A stretch of 64,000 bases of DNA from NCBI GenBank assembly GCA_029262375.1, contig JAJCZM010000049.1, forward strand, positions 3,992 through 67,991, given 5' to 3'. Positions 21,142-28,818 of this stretch are shown in pieces (position 1 is the stretch's first letter; each line of letters begins with the position of its first letter). The notes below the pieces were generated by a model that worked only from the letters and a program-made list of their open reading frames with translations, ran no database searches and was not told the DNA's origin. The translations under genes and the position numbers were made by a program. The stretch is from Deltaproteobacteria bacterium (GTDB taxonomy: Bacteria; Desulfobacterota; Binatia; UBA1149; SPBQ01).

Positions 21142-21153
21142 CTCCGTGCGCTG

Positions 21154-21399
21154 CTAGTTCGCCGCAATTCTGTCGAAAGATTCGACCGGCTCGCGTAAAC
21201 GGAACATCTCCTCGACCTGCATACCCAGTAGCCCACTGAGCAGAACGGCGTAGAGTAGCGGCGGATTGGCTTCAACGGACAACGTTCGAAGAACTGATCG
21301 ATATGGAATGCCCGTACGCTCGGCCGCCGCGCTTGCCGACATGCGAATGCTGGATAGTTCTTGTCGGATGTTGTTCTCGATCGTGCCTTGCGAATTCAT
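21154..21399 (-). CDS. Small XRE-family helix-turn-helix regulator
   Basis: 81 aa. The HTH pattern is SASAAAERTGIPYRSVLRTLSVEANPPLLYAVLLSGLLG. Confidence 0.65.
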   Translation of the reverse strand: MNSQGTIENNIRQELSSIRMSASAAAERTGIPYRSVLRTLSVEANPPLLYAVLLSGLLGMQVEEMFRLREPVESFDRIAAN

Positions 21400-21930
21400 G
21401 ATGCTCTCCTCTCTGGTGGCGATTCTTGTGACACGCTACCACGCGCCGAATGCCGCCCGCTTGTTCCGACGGCTACTCGCGACTCGCAACGACGCGGAAG
21501 ATAGCGCCGAGAAATGTTGTCGCTCAAGCGGTTTCACTTGCTGTACGACAAGTCCCCGCCGTCGTTCGGCCGCGACGGCATGTCACGGGCCGCAACGACC
21601 GTCAGGAAGCCGACCATCGTTCGTCAGCGAGTGTTTTGGCGATAGACGCCTCTGTGCGCGCACGAGGGGATCTGGTCGGGAACGTTGCCGTCGCGCTGGG
21701 CGATGTTCCAGCCCTGTGGCGGCTGACGACGACCGAGCCGAGTCGACCCAGGTTGGCAATTCGGTGCAGGCAACTCGCGCGCCCACCCGTTCGCGGCCCG
21801 TAGCGTGCCGTGGCAGCGTGGCACGCCCCCGAATGCCCGTCGATTCGTTGACACGACTGCTTACGCGCGGCTACTACAGATACTTACGAGCCGCGTGTTG
21901 CGGCCAGTCACATTGCGGGAGGGGAAGAAC

Positions 21931-22764
21931 ATGGGCTTCGACAATGATCAGGATACTGGAGACGGCAGACTAGATCTGATCTTGCAGTTCTTGTTGCTAC
22001 GTCGGCTCAGCCAATTCGACTGGCCCGTGCAAAGCATCGAACTCTTCAATTCCTTGTTCAAAACTCGTAGCTCTAAACAGCTCCCAGGCTGGCTGAGCAA
22101 AGGAACTAGAGAACGCGCGCTGGCAAACCTGACCGGGCTCGGCTTCGTAGATTCCGTACAACTCAGCGGCCAGGGTGCATGCACGCCGCACGGATATCGC
22201 ATCACGACGCAGGGGCGGGACGCGCGTGCGCGCATCGCGCACGAACTACTACGAACGCCCGCCTTCTGGCTGCACGCTCGGCCCTGGCCATACCTGATGA
22301 TGGAAGTGCAGGACGAGATCGGCGCTGACGATATCGACGCAAGCATCCTCGCACTGGAGACTTACCGTCAACACTGGTGGGACTGGTTCTCGCTAGGCTC
22401 GCAGCTTGTGGCGACCTTCAGAACACAGAACAATGAAGGTGAGATCGAATTCGCCGTCGAAGGATGTCATCAGGCGCACCTCGCGGCCGTGAAGGCCATT
22501 ACCCGCGAACTCGACGCGACGATCGACGAACTCCGCGCACGTCGGTCAGAGCGCGAGAGCGAACAGATACGGAACGGCACGAGCTATGAGCAAGGACATC
22601 ATCGAACTCTCCGAGGTGACAAAGGTCTACGGTCGGGGATCCACACAGGTCACCGCGATCAAGAGCCTGAACCTGACGATCCCGCAGGGGCAGATGTGCG
22701 CGATCACTGGCCCGAGCGGATCAGGCAAAAGCACGGTGATGCATCTCGTCGCAGGATTGGCTAG
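21931..22764 (+). CDS. Hypothetical protein with winged-helix-like N-terminus
   Basis: ATG at 21931 preceded by GGGAGGGGAAG. MGFDNDQDTGDGRLDLILQFLLLRRL...GYRITTQGRDARARIAHELL looks like a MarR/PadR-type wHTH. The last ~60 codons overlap the ABC ATPase gene out of frame. Confidence 0.55.
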   Translation: MGFDNDQDTGDGRLDLILQFLLLRRLSQFDWPVQSIELFNSLFKTRSSKQLPGWLSKGTRERALANLTGLGFVDSVQLSGQGACTPHGYRITTQGRDARARIAHELLRTPAFWLHARPWPYLMMEVQDEIGADDIDASILALETYRQHWWDWFSLGSQLVATFRTQNNEGEIEFAVEGCHQAHLAAVKAITRELDATIDELRARRSERESEQIRNGTSYEQGHHRTLRGDKGLRSGIHTGHRDQEPEPDDPAGADVRDHWPERIRQKHGDASRRRIG

Positions 22765-23377
22765 ACCGACCCACGGCCGAATTGTCGTCGACGGAATTGA
22801 CCTGACCAACGCCAAGGACGACGAGGTCACCGTGATGCGGCGCCAGCGCGTCGCAATGATTTTCCAAACCTTCAATCTGCAAGCCGCTTGGACCGCAGCC
22901 GAGAACATCGCCTTCCAGCTCAAGCTCGCTGGATTTCCGAAGAATGAGCGCAAAGGAAAGGTAGACGCGGTGCTGGGCCGGATGGGATTGAGCCATCGTC
23001 GCAATCACTACCCTGACGAAATGTCTCGTGGCGAACAGCAGCGTGTCGCCATCGCACGGGCTCTTGTAGTCGAGCCGCGTATTCTACTCGCCGATGAACC
23101 GACGGGGAGTTTGGACTCGATTGCCTCTGATGAGATCGTCCAGAGTCTCGTGGACCTCTCCCACGAAGATAAAGTGACCACGCTACTCATAACGCACGAT
23201 CCGGCGGCGGCGGCGCTCGCCGATCGCCAGATCCGTCTGAAAGATGGGCAGATCATCTCGGATCGGACTCGGAACTATGAGTACAGCGAGATCGTAGACG
23301 CGCAAAGAGCGACAGCCGAGCAAGAAGCGGTCGAGTCATTGGAACTCACCGATAAAGAACGGAAGCTACTGAACTAA
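22586..23377 (+). CDS. ABC transporter ATP-binding protein (MacB/LolD-type)
   Basis: 263 aa. Walker A GPSGSGKST, signature MSRGEQQRVAIARAL, Walker B ILLADEPTGSLD. Confidence 0.9.
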   Translation: MSKDIIELSEVTKVYGRGSTQVTAIKSLNLTIPQGQMCAITGPSGSGKSTVMHLVAGLARPTHGRIVVDGIDLTNAKDDEVTVMRRQRVAMIFQTFNLQAAWTAAENIAFQLKLAGFPKNERKGKVDAVLGRMGLSHRRNHYPDEMSRGEQQRVAIARALVVEPRILLADEPTGSLDSIASDEIVQSLVDLSHEDKVTTLLITHDPAAAALADRQIRLKDGQIISDRTRNYEYSEIVDAQRATAEQEAVESLELTDKERKLLN

Positions 23378-23393
23378 GAGAGACGAAGCTCGT

Positions 23394-24407
23394 CTACCAA
23401 ACGACCGCTGCGCCGCCGAGCGATAGTCCCGCGGACCCTGCACCCAGAAAAACCTTCTTCCCCACCTCGAGCACGCCTTCCTTACGGGCCTTCTCCAGCG
23501 CTAGTGGAAGATTCGCCGATGCGCAGTTGCCGCACTCGACGAGCGTAGAAATGGCCTCTTCGGGCGCGCGACCAAAGAGGCCCGCAGCGAATGCAGTTAG
23601 TCGTGGGCTTACCTGATGCGGAACGAGGACTTCGACGTCATCGGCGCTCCAACCGGCTGCCTCGAGCGTGGCCTGGACAACACCGGGCGCGAGTTCATGC
23701 ACGGCGGCGGCCATCGGTTTCATATCGCAAATGAGATAGTCGCGACCCTTGTCCGAGAGATCTAGCGAACCGCGCCCTTTCGCCAGGCAGTGCGGCCACA
23801 GATCGCTGCGGGCAACCGTATGGCTCGCGTAGATTCCACGATCCGGGTCATCACCCGCGCGGTGGTCGCGCACGAGAATCGCTCCGCCTGCGTCTCCGAT
23901 AGTAAACGAGGCGATATGCTTCATCGGATCGGCACCGTCCGCGATCAAGGGCCAGGGGATGCCATGGCTGAGCACCTCTCCGGAGGCGACCAGAACCGTT
24001 CGGTACATCCCCGAGCGGATGAAGGCTTCAGCAATTCGGACACCGTCAAAAACTCCGTTGCACGCATTCCCGGCATCGAAACACGGTACACAGTCCCAAC
24101 CTAGCTTGGCTTGTAGAATGTGCGCCGTTGCAGGTTCGATAACATCAGAGAACGCCGCACCGTAGATCAGACAATCGATCTCAGCAGGAGCGACGGACGC
24201 TCGAGTCAGCAGATCTTGCACTGCCAGCAGCGCCAGATCCGACCCGTCATCCGCATCATCACTGATGTGTCGCTGACGCACGCCGGTAATCGCCTCAATC
24301 CAACCCGGCTCAACGTCACCGGGTAACCGTCGCTCGAGCTCTCGGGTAGTTTCGACGGTCGGCGGAAGGTACGAGCCCACCGCATCAATGATCGGTCGTT
24401 TAGTCAT
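23394..24407 (-). CDS. 3-oxoacyl-ACP synthase III (FabH/KAS III-like) enzyme
   Basis: 337 aa. Has a Cys (DAGNACNG), His (VPHQVS) and Asn (GNCASANLP) triad context. Its ATG overlaps the permease stop (ATGA at 24404-24407). Confidence 0.8.
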   Translation of the reverse strand: MTKRPIIDAVGSYLPPTVETTRELERRLPGDVEPGWIEAITGVRQRHISDDADDGSDLALLAVQDLLTRASVAPAEIDCLIYGAAFSDVIEPATAHILQAKLGWDCVPCFDAGNACNGVFDGVRIAEAFIRSGMYRTVLVASGEVLSHGIPWPLIADGADPMKHIASFTIGDAGGAILVRDHRAGDDPDRGIYASHTVARSDLWPHCLAKGRGSLDLSDKGRDYLICDMKPMAAAVHELAPGVVQATLEAAGWSADDVEVLVPHQVSPRLTAFAAGLFGRAPEEAISTLVECGNCASANLPLALEKARKEGVLEVGKKVFLGAGSAGLSLGGAAVVW

Positions 24408-26998
24408 GCATCCTCAGCAACGGCTGCGGCTACGTCGAGTTGGCGCAGCTGCCAAAGCGGCAGGAGCAACGCCAGCGAACAAACGCCGAGAATCGTCGAT
24501 ACACCTCTCAGAGAAATTGCCCATGGAAATCCGAAGTCCAATACCCATCCTAACAAATAGGCCAGATGGTATTTCACCCAAAGGGATCCCGATACGAAGC
24601 CGCCACCTAGACCGAGGCCCAGACCGGCAATCATGACGACACCAAGTTCGAGAACAATCGCGGTCACGAGCTGCTTTCGTGTCACGCCCTGCCCCACGAG
24701 CCGTGCGATATCGCGGCGTCGATCGTGAAAATTAGTGAAGAGGAACAACAGTAATCCCACGCCCGTCGGTACGAGAAGCACCGTGTAGAGCACATCGACC
24801 GAACCGAAAGCCACATAGAGTCGCTCTCGGTGGTAGTCGAGCAACTCCGCTACAGGCAGGACTTTGTACGCGGATTCGTCGCCAAGACTGGCCGTGATTC
24901 CCGCTCGAACAGAATCTACGGTCACGCCCCGCTCAACCCGCACAAGAAAACGCGTTACGCGATCGTCACGCCACCATTTCTCTAGCGTATCGGCAGAAAG
25001 CAGCACAACTCCTCTATCATTCGCGTAGTCGACTACAATTCCGCTTACCGGCACGCGCAAGCGTCCGGAAGGTGTCGTAAGCTCGAGCACGTCACCGACA
25101 CTCACGTTCGTGTGCCGCGTGACCGATTCGGAAATCAGAACGCCTTTGCCTTCGCGCACGTCGCGCAACGCGCGCCCAACATCGCCGTCAACGAACCAGC
25201 GCGCATAGTTCTCGCCTATCAGGAAACTCTTCGAGACTGCCTGGATGCCGATGCGCACCCCACCCATGTCCTGGCCTGGGATAAGGCGCCAGGTATCGAC
25301 CGACTCGACACCATCAACTGCCGCAATGGTTTCCAGCAACGCCCGCGCTTGTGGTTCTTCGAGCCAGCCTCCACGCGTGTGCGTCGAGGACACCGTCAGA
25401 TCGCCGGCCAGATAGTCGCCAACCCAGCTCTCGGCACTGGTTTCGAAACTGCGGAACACACCGCCCAGCGAGATAATCGCTGTCATGACCAATGCGATCA
25501 GCCCGACAACCCAGGACGTCCGCGGAGCCGATGACGACATGTGCATCGTCGCGACCTCTCCTGCAGCGCCGAACCAACGGTCGATCACCGGCGATAGTCT
25601 GCGAGATACCAAAGCGAGGGCGGCCGGGCAGAGACAGGCGATCCCGGCAAAGCAGATTACGGCTGCAACATTGCCGAGAACTTGAGACCGATACGCCGAC
25701 TCCAAATAGATGACCGGCACCAGTAGGATCCAAAAGACGAGGGCGAGTAATGTAGGCTTCCACACGTCCATCCCATGCGGCCGGTACTCGTTCTTCACAT
25801 TCGATACGGCCTCGACTGGATCGAGTTGAGACACGCGCTGTGCAGGTATCAACGCCGCCACGATCGCGGTAGAGACTCCGCCGGCGAACGCGAGTCCGAT
25901 ATCCATAGATGTTGCTGTCAATTCCGCCGTGGAAAGTCGCGTTAGATAGACGATCTCCATCGTACGAAGGAGCGCGTCGGAAAGAACGCGGGCGAGAGCC
26001 AAGCCTGCTACCACGCCTAACGCCGATGCTAAGACGCCAATGATCGCGGCCTCGCCTAAGACCATCAGTCGAATTTCGCTGCGCCGGACCCCAGCTGTTC
26101 GCAGCTGGCCCACCATTCGCCCGCGCGTCACCATCGCTGTAGAGATCGCCGAGTACGCGATGAACGCTGCAACCATTAGCGCCATTAAGACATAGCCGTC
26201 GACGATGGTCTGGAAAGCAGAGAGAGCTCGCTCTCGGTAGCCGGCGCGACCGAGCGGCTCATCTACGTCGTAAGTTGCACCGACAGCCGAGTTCAACTGG
26301 CTCCGCAACTCTACCAACGAAGTCTGCGGCCGCGGAACGATATCGATGTACGACGCTACGTCGCCGCGCAGACCCAGGAGCGCCTGCGCAGCAAACAGGT
26401 CCAGGACGGCAACAGGCTGGTTCAGCCCGCCGAGCGCACCGGGCTGGCTAAGCACACCGGCTACACGCAGATCCGTGGGACCGGTCGGCGCAACCACACG
26501 AATCGTATCGCCAACCTGAAGGGAAGCTCCCGGCGGCACGAGGATCGCCTTCGGATCGTTCAGAAGTTCGAGTGGATCATCGATACCGGCAATGCTGACG
26601 CGGTAGATCTCTTCTATGCGATCAACACTGAAGTCCATGCCGATCAGACGAAGGCCCTCACCGTTGTCAGCTCGTGGCACCGTCGCATCGATGATCGCGA
26701 TGGCAGCGGCCACGCCCGGATGCGCACGGACCTGAGCCAAGGCGCCCATGTCGACCGCCAGCTCGCCGCCTGGAGCGGTGAGCTGGAGTTCGGCCTCGCC
26801 GACAACCGCCATGATGTTCGCCTCGAATGCGACGTTGACCGCTTGGATTACAACTCGAAACCCGACCATCACCGACACGCCTGCAGCGAGCCCGACAATC
26901 ATCAGTAAGGTGCGGAATCGATTTCGTCGCAGTTCGCTGAGGGAGAAACTACGAAGGAGCGTAAGGGTGGCGTTTCGGCCTACTGGGAGATGGACCAT
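24404..26998 (-). CDS. FtsX-family ABC transporter permease with two FtsX domains (864 aa)
   Basis: Shows the N-terminal TM + large periplasmic domain + 3 TM pattern twice, typical of fused MacB/YbbP-like permeases. Confidence 0.8.
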   Translation of the reverse strand: MVHLPVGRNATLTLLRSFSLSELRRNRFRTLLMIVGLAAGVSVMVGFRVVIQAVNVAFEANIMAVVGEAELQLTAPGGELAVDMGALAQVRAHPGVAAAIAIIDATVPRADNGEGLRLIGMDFSVDRIEEIYRVSIAGIDDPLELLNDPKAILVPPGASLQVGDTIRVVAPTGPTDLRVAGVLSQPGALGGLNQPVAVLDLFAAQALLGLRGDVASYIDIVPRPQTSLVELRSQLNSAVGATYDVDEPLGRAGYRERALSAFQTIVDGYVLMALMVAAFIAYSAISTAMVTRGRMVGQLRTAGVRRSEIRLMVLGEAAIIGVLASALGVVAGLALARVLSDALLRTMEIVYLTRLSTAELTATSMDIGLAFAGGVSTAIVAALIPAQRVSQLDPVEAVSNVKNEYRPHGMDVWKPTLLALVFWILLVPVIYLESAYRSQVLGNVAAVICFAGIACLCPAALALVSRRLSPVIDRWFGAAGEVATMHMSSSAPRTSWVVGLIALVMTAIISLGGVFRSFETSAESWVGDYLAGDLTVSSTHTRGGWLEEPQARALLETIAAVDGVESVDTWRLIPGQDMGGVRIGIQAVSKSFLIGENYARWFVDGDVGRALRDVREGKGVLISESVTRHTNVSVGDVLELTTPSGRLRVPVSGIVVDYANDRGVVLLSADTLEKWWRDDRVTRFLVRVERGVTVDSVRAGITASLGDESAYKVLPVAELLDYHRERLYVAFGSVDVLYTVLLVPTGVGLLLFLFTNFHDRRRDIARLVGQGVTRKQLVTAIVLELGVVMIAGLGLGLGGGFVSGSLWVKYHLAYLLGWVLDFGFPWAISLRGVSTILGVCSLALLLPLWQLRQLDVAAAVAEDA

Positions 26999-27011
26999 GG
27001 GTAGAATATAT

Positions 27012-27121
27012 AAGGAGCGGATGCTCGCCTTACGGGAACGTTACCCCACAGCCAGCAGGGCCACAAACATCTGATTCTGAAGGAAAAATTCGCCACCGCC
27101 CGGTTTGTGGCGGCCCTTTTT
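27012..27121 (+). promoter_or_regulatory. Leader-peptide-like mini-ORF (27021-27074) with two mutually exclusive hairpins and a T5 run
   Basis: AAGGAG at 27012-27017 precedes ATG 27021 (MLALRERYPTASRATNI, stop 27072-27074). GCCACAAAC (27060-27068) can pair with GTTTGTGGC (27103-27111). Alternatively CGCCAC (27091-27096) pairs with GTGGCG (27107-27112), followed by CCCTTTTT. Confidence 0.3.
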
Positions 27122-27186
27122 CATCGGAGAGCAGAGGGTAGATCAGGCGGATCATTGCGCGAGCGAGTAGCGGATCGCGCGTTCCG

Positions 27187-27281
27187 CATTTGTGCCCTGA
27201 GGCACAATTCCCGCCCAACCATGCCCAACAGTGCCTAACCCGATTCGCGAAAACGTTTACTTTTCGCGGCGCGTTCTTGGG
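27187..27281 (+). repeat. Island right-end element, copy a (palindrome TGTGCC-CTGA-GGCACA + ATTCCCGCCCAACCATGCCC + GCCTAAC + hairpin)
   Basis: Homologous by eye to 31818-31910 and 32716-32800. The internal hairpin is CGCGAAAA/TTTTCGCG. Confidence 0.7.
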
Positions 27282-27305
27282 TTCAAGTCCCCCTCCTCGC
27301 ACCAC
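27282..27305 (+). repeat. Direct copy 2 of the tRNA-Leu 3' end (att-like)
   Basis: TTCAAGTCCCCCTCCTCGCACCAC is identical to 15605-15628. The match extends 3 nt further to the left (GGG). Confidence 0.9.
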
Positions 27306-27432
27306 TTTAAGCCCTGATAGATCTGGCTTTCCCGACGCCTCATCATCTGCGACGGACAATTCGACGGACACTCTTTTTCAAACAATAAAAAGTTGCGGCC
27401 TTTACGGTCCGGTTGCAACGGTCGCGCCGCTA

Positions 27433-28584
27433 CTAGTCGAGTCCACAGATTCCCCAGTTCGACGCCGCCGATTCACAAAGGCCGCTAGTGTCACAGGCAA
27501 GGTTGGAGGCTTTCGGCTCCACGCAGCTACCGATGTCGACGCACAACGCAATATCGACGGGCGTATGGCAGCTGCCGCTGACTGTTGAGTGCTTGATGGA
27601 GAACTTCCCGCTTAGGTCCGGGTCCGGCACCTGCACGCCGTAGTTTCCGCTATTCGTAACGGTGACCCGCGTGAGAGAAATCTTCTCTTCGTTGTTTTGA
27701 AGGAGGCGAATACCGTCGCCGAGATTGTTGTCGACCACAACATCTCTTGCCTGCAGCCGGCTCGCTACGACCCCGTCTCCAAGGTTGTTGCTGACGACGG
27801 CCCCTTTGAGTTTCATATGACGGCCGTCGACTGCGTCTCCGAGATTCTCGGAGACATTGATCTCCTTGAGACTCGCGGTGCGCAGCACGCAGCCTCCACC
27901 GTCGTTTCGCAGAACGTCTACGCGCTTGAGTGAAGACTTCCCGATGGAGTCGATTCCAACGCTCCCGTTATCCGTAATCGCGGAATCTTTCAGGCGCAGC
28001 GTGCCCAGCTGTAGGGCGGTGCCGGGTATTTTGAACTGAACAATCCCGCTGGCGCCGTTGCCGACAATGGTCAAACCGGAGCCGTTGATGCGAGGAGCCG
28101 AGACGCCGTTGGCGCCGTTCCCCGTGATCACGAGATCGGTGAGTTTGAGCTTGAACGACGATGTGATGCCGACCAGCCCCCCTGTGATTGTTCCCGGTCC
28201 GTCGATACGCGATAGGCCGGCTAGGATCGATCGCTCGTTCGGATTGCCGGTCAGTGTGAAGCCAGCAAGGTTCAGACGGTGGTTGACGATTAGTGCAGGA
28301 CCGTCGGTGTATCCAGAGCAATCGAGATCGCCGGTGAGAAAACCGTTGTTGACGATTTGTCCGCAGGTGGTGACTGGTTCCTGAGCGGCGAGCGTCAGTA
28401 CGGGGAGAAGGAGTAAACTCGAGAGTGCCGCAGCTGCCGCGAGCGATGCTCGGAGGCCAGTGCGCGAGGCGAGTATGCGGGACTGAATCACAGCGATACC
28501 GGGTTCAGTATGGGCCCTGGCGCGAAGGTCAGTCAACGACGTTGCGGGCCCGGCACCAGGCAGGGCGTCGTCGCATACCGGCAC
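27433..28584 (-). CDS. Secreted right-handed parallel beta-helix repeat protein with Cys-rich C-terminus
   Basis: 383 aa. Has repeating ~22-aa units of the type NG..GI....G.L.L.DS.IT.N and a hydrophobic signal region (ASLAAAAALSSLLLLPVLTLAAQ). The start is uncertain. Confidence 0.7.
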   Translation of the reverse strand: MPVCDDALPGAGPATSLTDLRARAHTEPGIAVIQSRILASRTGLRASLAAAAALSSLLLLPVLTLAAQEPVTTCGQIVNNGFLTGDLDCSGYTDGPALIVNHRLNLAGFTLTGNPNERSILAGLSRIDGPGTITGGLVGITSSFKLKLTDLVITGNGANGVSAPRINGSGLTIVGNGASGIVQFKIPGTALQLGTLRLKDSAITDNGSVGIDSIGKSSLKRVDVLRNDGGGCVLRTASLKEINVSENLGDAVDGRHMKLKGAVVSNNLGDGVVASRLQARDVVVDNNLGDGIRLLQNNEEKISLTRVTVTNSGNYGVQVPDPDLSGKFSIKHSTVSGSCHTPVDIALCVDIGSCVEPKASNLACDTSGLCESAASNWGICGLD

Positions 28585-28623
28585 TCCTGCTTTCCGCCAG
28601 CGATCATCCGTTGATAACTTTCG

Positions 28624-28643
28624 ATTGTCCGTCGACGGACAAT
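28624..28643. promoter_or_regulatory. Perfect 20-bp palindrome ATTGTCCGTCGACGGACAAT upstream of the beta-helix gene
   Basis: Lies 40-59 nt upstream of the annotated start at 28584. The half-site GACGGACAAT recurs downstream of the gene at 27351-27360. Confidence 0.5.
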
Positions 28644-28715
28644 CGGTGCCCTACCCTGACCTACTGTGACCAACCGAGCGCACGAAAAGCCCTATCTCTT
28701 GCGCTTCCTATGGCC

Positions 28716-28739
28716 TTCAAGTCCCCCTCCTCGCACCAC
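28716..28739 (+). repeat. Direct copy 3 of the tRNA-Leu 3' end (att-like)
   Basis: Identical 24-mer. Homology to the region downstream of the real tRNA continues rightward to about 29520. Confidence 0.9.
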
Positions 28740-28818
28740 TACAACCAAACCTTTTCAATAACTTGCGTGCCGCGCGCAATGGTCGCGAGGCACAAGTCGC
28801 CCGCTACCATCATCTCGC

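Larger units (their letters stand above)
15628..27305. mobile_element. Putative integrase-less genomic island 1 (tRNA-Leu 3' end to first direct copy of its last 24 nt)
   Basis: Bounded by TTCAAGTCCCCCTCCTCGCACCAC at 15605-15628 and 27282-27305. Its left and right ends are homologous to those of the 28740-32014 segment. No recombinase ORF was recognised. Confidence 0.5.
27306..28739. mobile_element. Single-gene cassette-like segment between att-like copies 2 and 3
   Basis: 1.4 kb carrying only the beta-helix gene. GACGGACAAT motifs lie at both ends (27351-27360, 27363-27370, palindrome 28624-28643). Confidence 0.4.

Noticed and set aside
27201-27214. GGCACAATTCCCGC read as a sigma-54 promoter (GG-N10-GC spacing fits)
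   Set aside because: The -12 region is CCGC rather than TTGC. Nothing is positioned downstream to be transcribed. The related copies after the att sites have different GG-GC spacing. The GGCAC is better explained as half of the palindrome.
27233-27239. GCCTAAC in the right-end elements read as an integron attC R'' core (RYYYAAC)
   Set aside because: No complementary GTTAGGC (R') or L'/L'' structure follows, and no integron integrase or attI is in the window.
27187-27307. Right-end element plus tRNA 3' end as a tmRNA, tRNA pseudogene or tRNA-like RNA gene
   Set aside because: There is no 5' acceptor strand (GCGAGGA) or D-arm upstream. Only the last 24-27 nt of the tRNA are present, which fits an att duplication better.
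27030-27371. 113-aa minus-strand ORF and 132-aa plus-strand ORF (27190-27588) spanning att-like copy 2, and the 139-aa ORF (28425-28844) spanning copy 3
   Set aside because: They read through the tRNA-derived sequence and the repeat element (for example ...VVRGGGLEPKN... is antisense tRNA). They have no RBS or family resemblance.
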